Of a stretch of DNA of 64,000 bases, positions 61,121 to 64,000 are shown in pieces. The translations under genes were made by a program, and so were the position numbers. The notes under the pieces are model-generated. The model was not told the origin of the DNA, ran no database searches, and saw nothing but the letters and a program-made list of their open reading frames with translations. The first letter of the stretch is position 1. Each line of letters opens with the position of its first letter. Source of the DNA: Malacoraja senta (lineage: Eukaryota); the NCBI GenBank assembly GCA_038087875.1, contig CM075987.1:19532001-19596000 (forward strand), in the 5' to 3' direction.

Positions 61121-62114
61121 TCCCCCCTCTCTTCATCCCTCCCCCACCCAAGTCGGACTAGTGTCGAAGTCGTCTTGTTGAGCCTTATTGTCTGTAATTC
61201 GTTTTCACCTAGCTCACAGCAAACAATGACGTTTCCTTTATCATCATTACTTTTTGTATATTTTCCATTGTTCTACATCTCTCTATATCACCGTCTATAT
61301 CCCTTGTTTCCTTTTCCCCTGACTCTCAGTCTGAAGAAGGGTCTTGACCCAAAATGTCGCCTATTCCATTTCTCCAGAGATGCTGTCAGACCCACTGAGT
61401 TACTCCAGCATTTTGTGTCTACTATTTAAGAAATTTGAGTACTTGGATGTGAACCAGAAGCAAGCACAAACATTTTTTAAAAACATGGTGCTTGTGAATG
61501 TGATTCCAAACACTAGTTCTGATACTAAGGTACACCTTTACATACAATTTTTCTACAACTGAAAATCTGAGGTTCATATTAACCTCTTTAGCCGTTTTGC
61601 AGAGTTTAAGATAGCGTCTGTTCAGAAATGGATACGCTTCTCTCTTTTCATATTACTGATATCAATAGACTGAATCTTTTATCTGGTTTTGCTGCAAAAA
61701 TATTAGGTTACAAATGTTATGTATAGCTTTTTCCACATTTATTATAATGCATGCAGACTTTAAATGATTGTAATTAATAGATATAAATATATTTAGCAAT
61801 TGTGTCCTTTTTCTACAGTCATAACTTAATTTCATAATTTAAATAGGAACTGAGTTTATTTTTATCCTGTGCTAATGGACCTCAAATCTCACTCCTAATT
61901 AGATTTATTATGAAACCTACAACTGTTTCCATGCTGCATTTTTGGTAAAGTAAAACAACATGTTAAAACTGATCTTAAATCTTCTCTTTCTATAGTGAGA
62001 TTTGAACCCACAATCGTTTGATTCACTGGTGCCACAAACTATGCCAAAGGTTGACACCATGAATGAGATACGAATGGGCGAGCCCAAAGGCTAATGGAAT
62101 GATGTTCACTTTGT

Positions 62115-62917
62115 TGCCCTCCATAATGTTTGGGACAAAGACCTATAAGTTATTTATTTGCCTCTGTACTCCACAATTTGAGATTTGTAATAGAAAAACA
62201 TCACATGTGGTTAAAGTGCACATCGTCACATTTTATTAAAAGCCATTTTTATACATTTTGGTTTCGCCATGTAGAAATTACAGCTGTGTTTATCCATAGT
62301 CCCCCCCCCCCCCATCCCATTTCAGGGCACCATAATGTTTGGGACACATGGCTTCACAGGTATTTGTAATTGCTCAGGTGTGTGTTTAATTGCCTCCTTA
62401 ATGCAGGTAGAAGAGAGCTCTCAGCACCTAATCTTTCCTCCAGTCTTTCCATCACCTCTGGAAAAATGTTATTGCTGTTTATCAACATGAAGACCAAAGT
62501 TGTGCCAATGACAGTCAAAGAAGCCATTATGAGACTGAGAAACAAGAATACAACTGTTAGAGACATCAGTCAAACCGTCCGCAGAAGACTTCATGAACAG
62601 AAATACAGAGGATGCACTGCAAGTTGCAAACCACTGGATAGCCGCAAAAATAGGATGGCCAGGTTACAGTTTGCCAAGAAGTACTTAATAGAGCAACCAC
62701 AGTTCTGGAAAAAGGTGTTGTGGTCAGATGAGACAAAGATTAACTTATATCAGACTGATGGCAAGAGCAAAGTATGAGAAGGAACTGCCCAAGATCCAAA
62801 GCATACCACCTCATCTGTGAAACACGGTGGTGGGGGTGTTATGGCCTGGGCATGTATGGCTGCTGAAGGTACTGGCTCACTTATCTTCACTGATGATACA
62901 CCTGCTGACGGTAGTAG
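62115..62917 (+). mobile_element. 5' half of a Tc1-family transposon
   Basis: TIR tgccctccataatgtttggga; RLQFAKKY, VLWSDETKINL, VKHGGGGVMAWAC; ends at TSD gtag. Confidence 0.88.
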
Positions 62918-63710
62918 TCTAGCGGCCCCTTGTGGTGGCCTTGTTAATATCGAACCCTCGCAATTGGCTGGCGCGGTCACATGAGCGCGGGAGCTTCTTC
63001 GCGGGTTTTTTCTGTAACCGTTCATTCTAGCGCCACGCGAATAGAATACACATCGTTAAAATTTGGATGTCTATTTCGACTCGGGTGACTACTTTGTTTG
63101 CGTTTCAAAATAAAGAATTTTTGCACACCCTAACGTTTCGACTCGCCAAACTGGTGACCCCGCTAGTCCGAATGGATTTCGGGCATTTGACATGCAAGCC
63201 GCCGCCTTCCCCGACGCCCAGCAAAACGTTGTGGGCCTGAAGCTGCCCGTGTTCTGGGCAGAGCAGCCTCAAGTGCGGTTTGCCCACATAAAGGCCCAGT
63301 TCCACCTCAGGAATATCGTGGTCGACGACACCCGGTATTTTTACGTCGTCAGGGCACTCAACCAAGAGACAGCCTCGCGGTTGCTGCCATACTTACAAGA
63401 CCCACCGGTGCTTGGCAAGTACGACAGCCTCAAGGCCCTACTGCTCCGCACCTTCGGGCTCAGCCGCCGATATCGCGCCGCCCGCCTGCTCCACATGGAC
63501 GGCCATCGACCATCTGACATTGACATTTCTCAAACAAATGCCGGACGACATCTGCTTGCTGCTCGCCGGGTCCGACTTCGCCAACCCCTTGCAGCTCGCC
63601 GAGCGAGCCGACGAATTGTGGCTCGCGAAGCGGCAGAACGGCGGGTCCATCAACCGGGAGTCCGAGCACGCACGCCAACCGCCCCGTAGAGATGCCCAGC
63701 CCTCCGCTAC
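62918..63710 (+). mobile_element. Gypsy (CsRN1-like) 5' LTR (62918-63150), tRNA-Trp PBS and degenerate gag
   Basis: PBS tggtgaccccg at 63152; gag KLPVFWAEQPQVRFAHIKAQF; LTR matches 15236-15414. Confidence 0.88.
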
Positions 63711-64000
63711 TGTCAGGTGCAGAATAGTGAAATAACAATCACGATGCTTAGAGAGTTTAGAGAAACAAGTTTATTTATTAGCAAGTGTGCAGAGTCGGGT
63801 GTCTCCCCTGTCAAGACACACCGAGAGAGAGGAAGTCACTTTCTTTTAAACACATCATTTTACATTTGTTACATTCATTCCTCCCCTTCGGGCTCTTTTC
63901 AAATCAGAGCACTGAGGTGCACACTCTACAGGTACCGCCCCTGGTGCCTCCCAGAACATACATCGCATGTACATTTAAATGAGACATCTTGTCATGATGG
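63711..64000. mobile_element. Probable LTR of another element inserted in gag, running off the window edge
   Basis: Abrupt switch at TGTCAGG...; antisense polyA signal tttatt at ~63770. Confidence 0.45.

Overview
Vertebrate nuclear DNA, probably from a cartilaginous fish such as a skate or ray (inferred from the CR1, Rex1, Penelope and SINE content). It is not prokaryotic, and no CRISPR, rRNA or tRNA genes were seen. The window lies in a TE-dense tandem array of torsin-1 genes. It holds one complete 5-exon TOR1A-like gene on the minus strand (29383->17006, 335 aa, all introns GT-AG), exon 1 of a diverged paralog (2064->1893), and a duplicated downstream block (55.9-64 kb) that predicts a further copy to the right. 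Three internal exons of C9orf78/TLS1 lie on the plus strand (40918-47617) with no other exons of that gene visible. The paralogous blocks supply empty insertion sites, so several TE boundaries can be read exactly. Highlights: (1) an almost intact HERO-type RLE retrotransposon with a 77-bp target duplication and a candidate non-circularly permuted hammerhead ribozyme in its 3' UTR; (2) an L1 with a 188-bp target duplication; (3) a P-like element with two 27-28-bp excision footprints; (4) an hATw-type element with a ~975-aa transposase and 7-bp TSD, next to its deletion derivative; (5) an hAT-like element with a 5-bp TSD; (6) a full-length Mag-type Gypsy nested in a hAT MITE that is itself inside a CR1; (7) a Gypsy family whose LTRs end in AA rather than CA.
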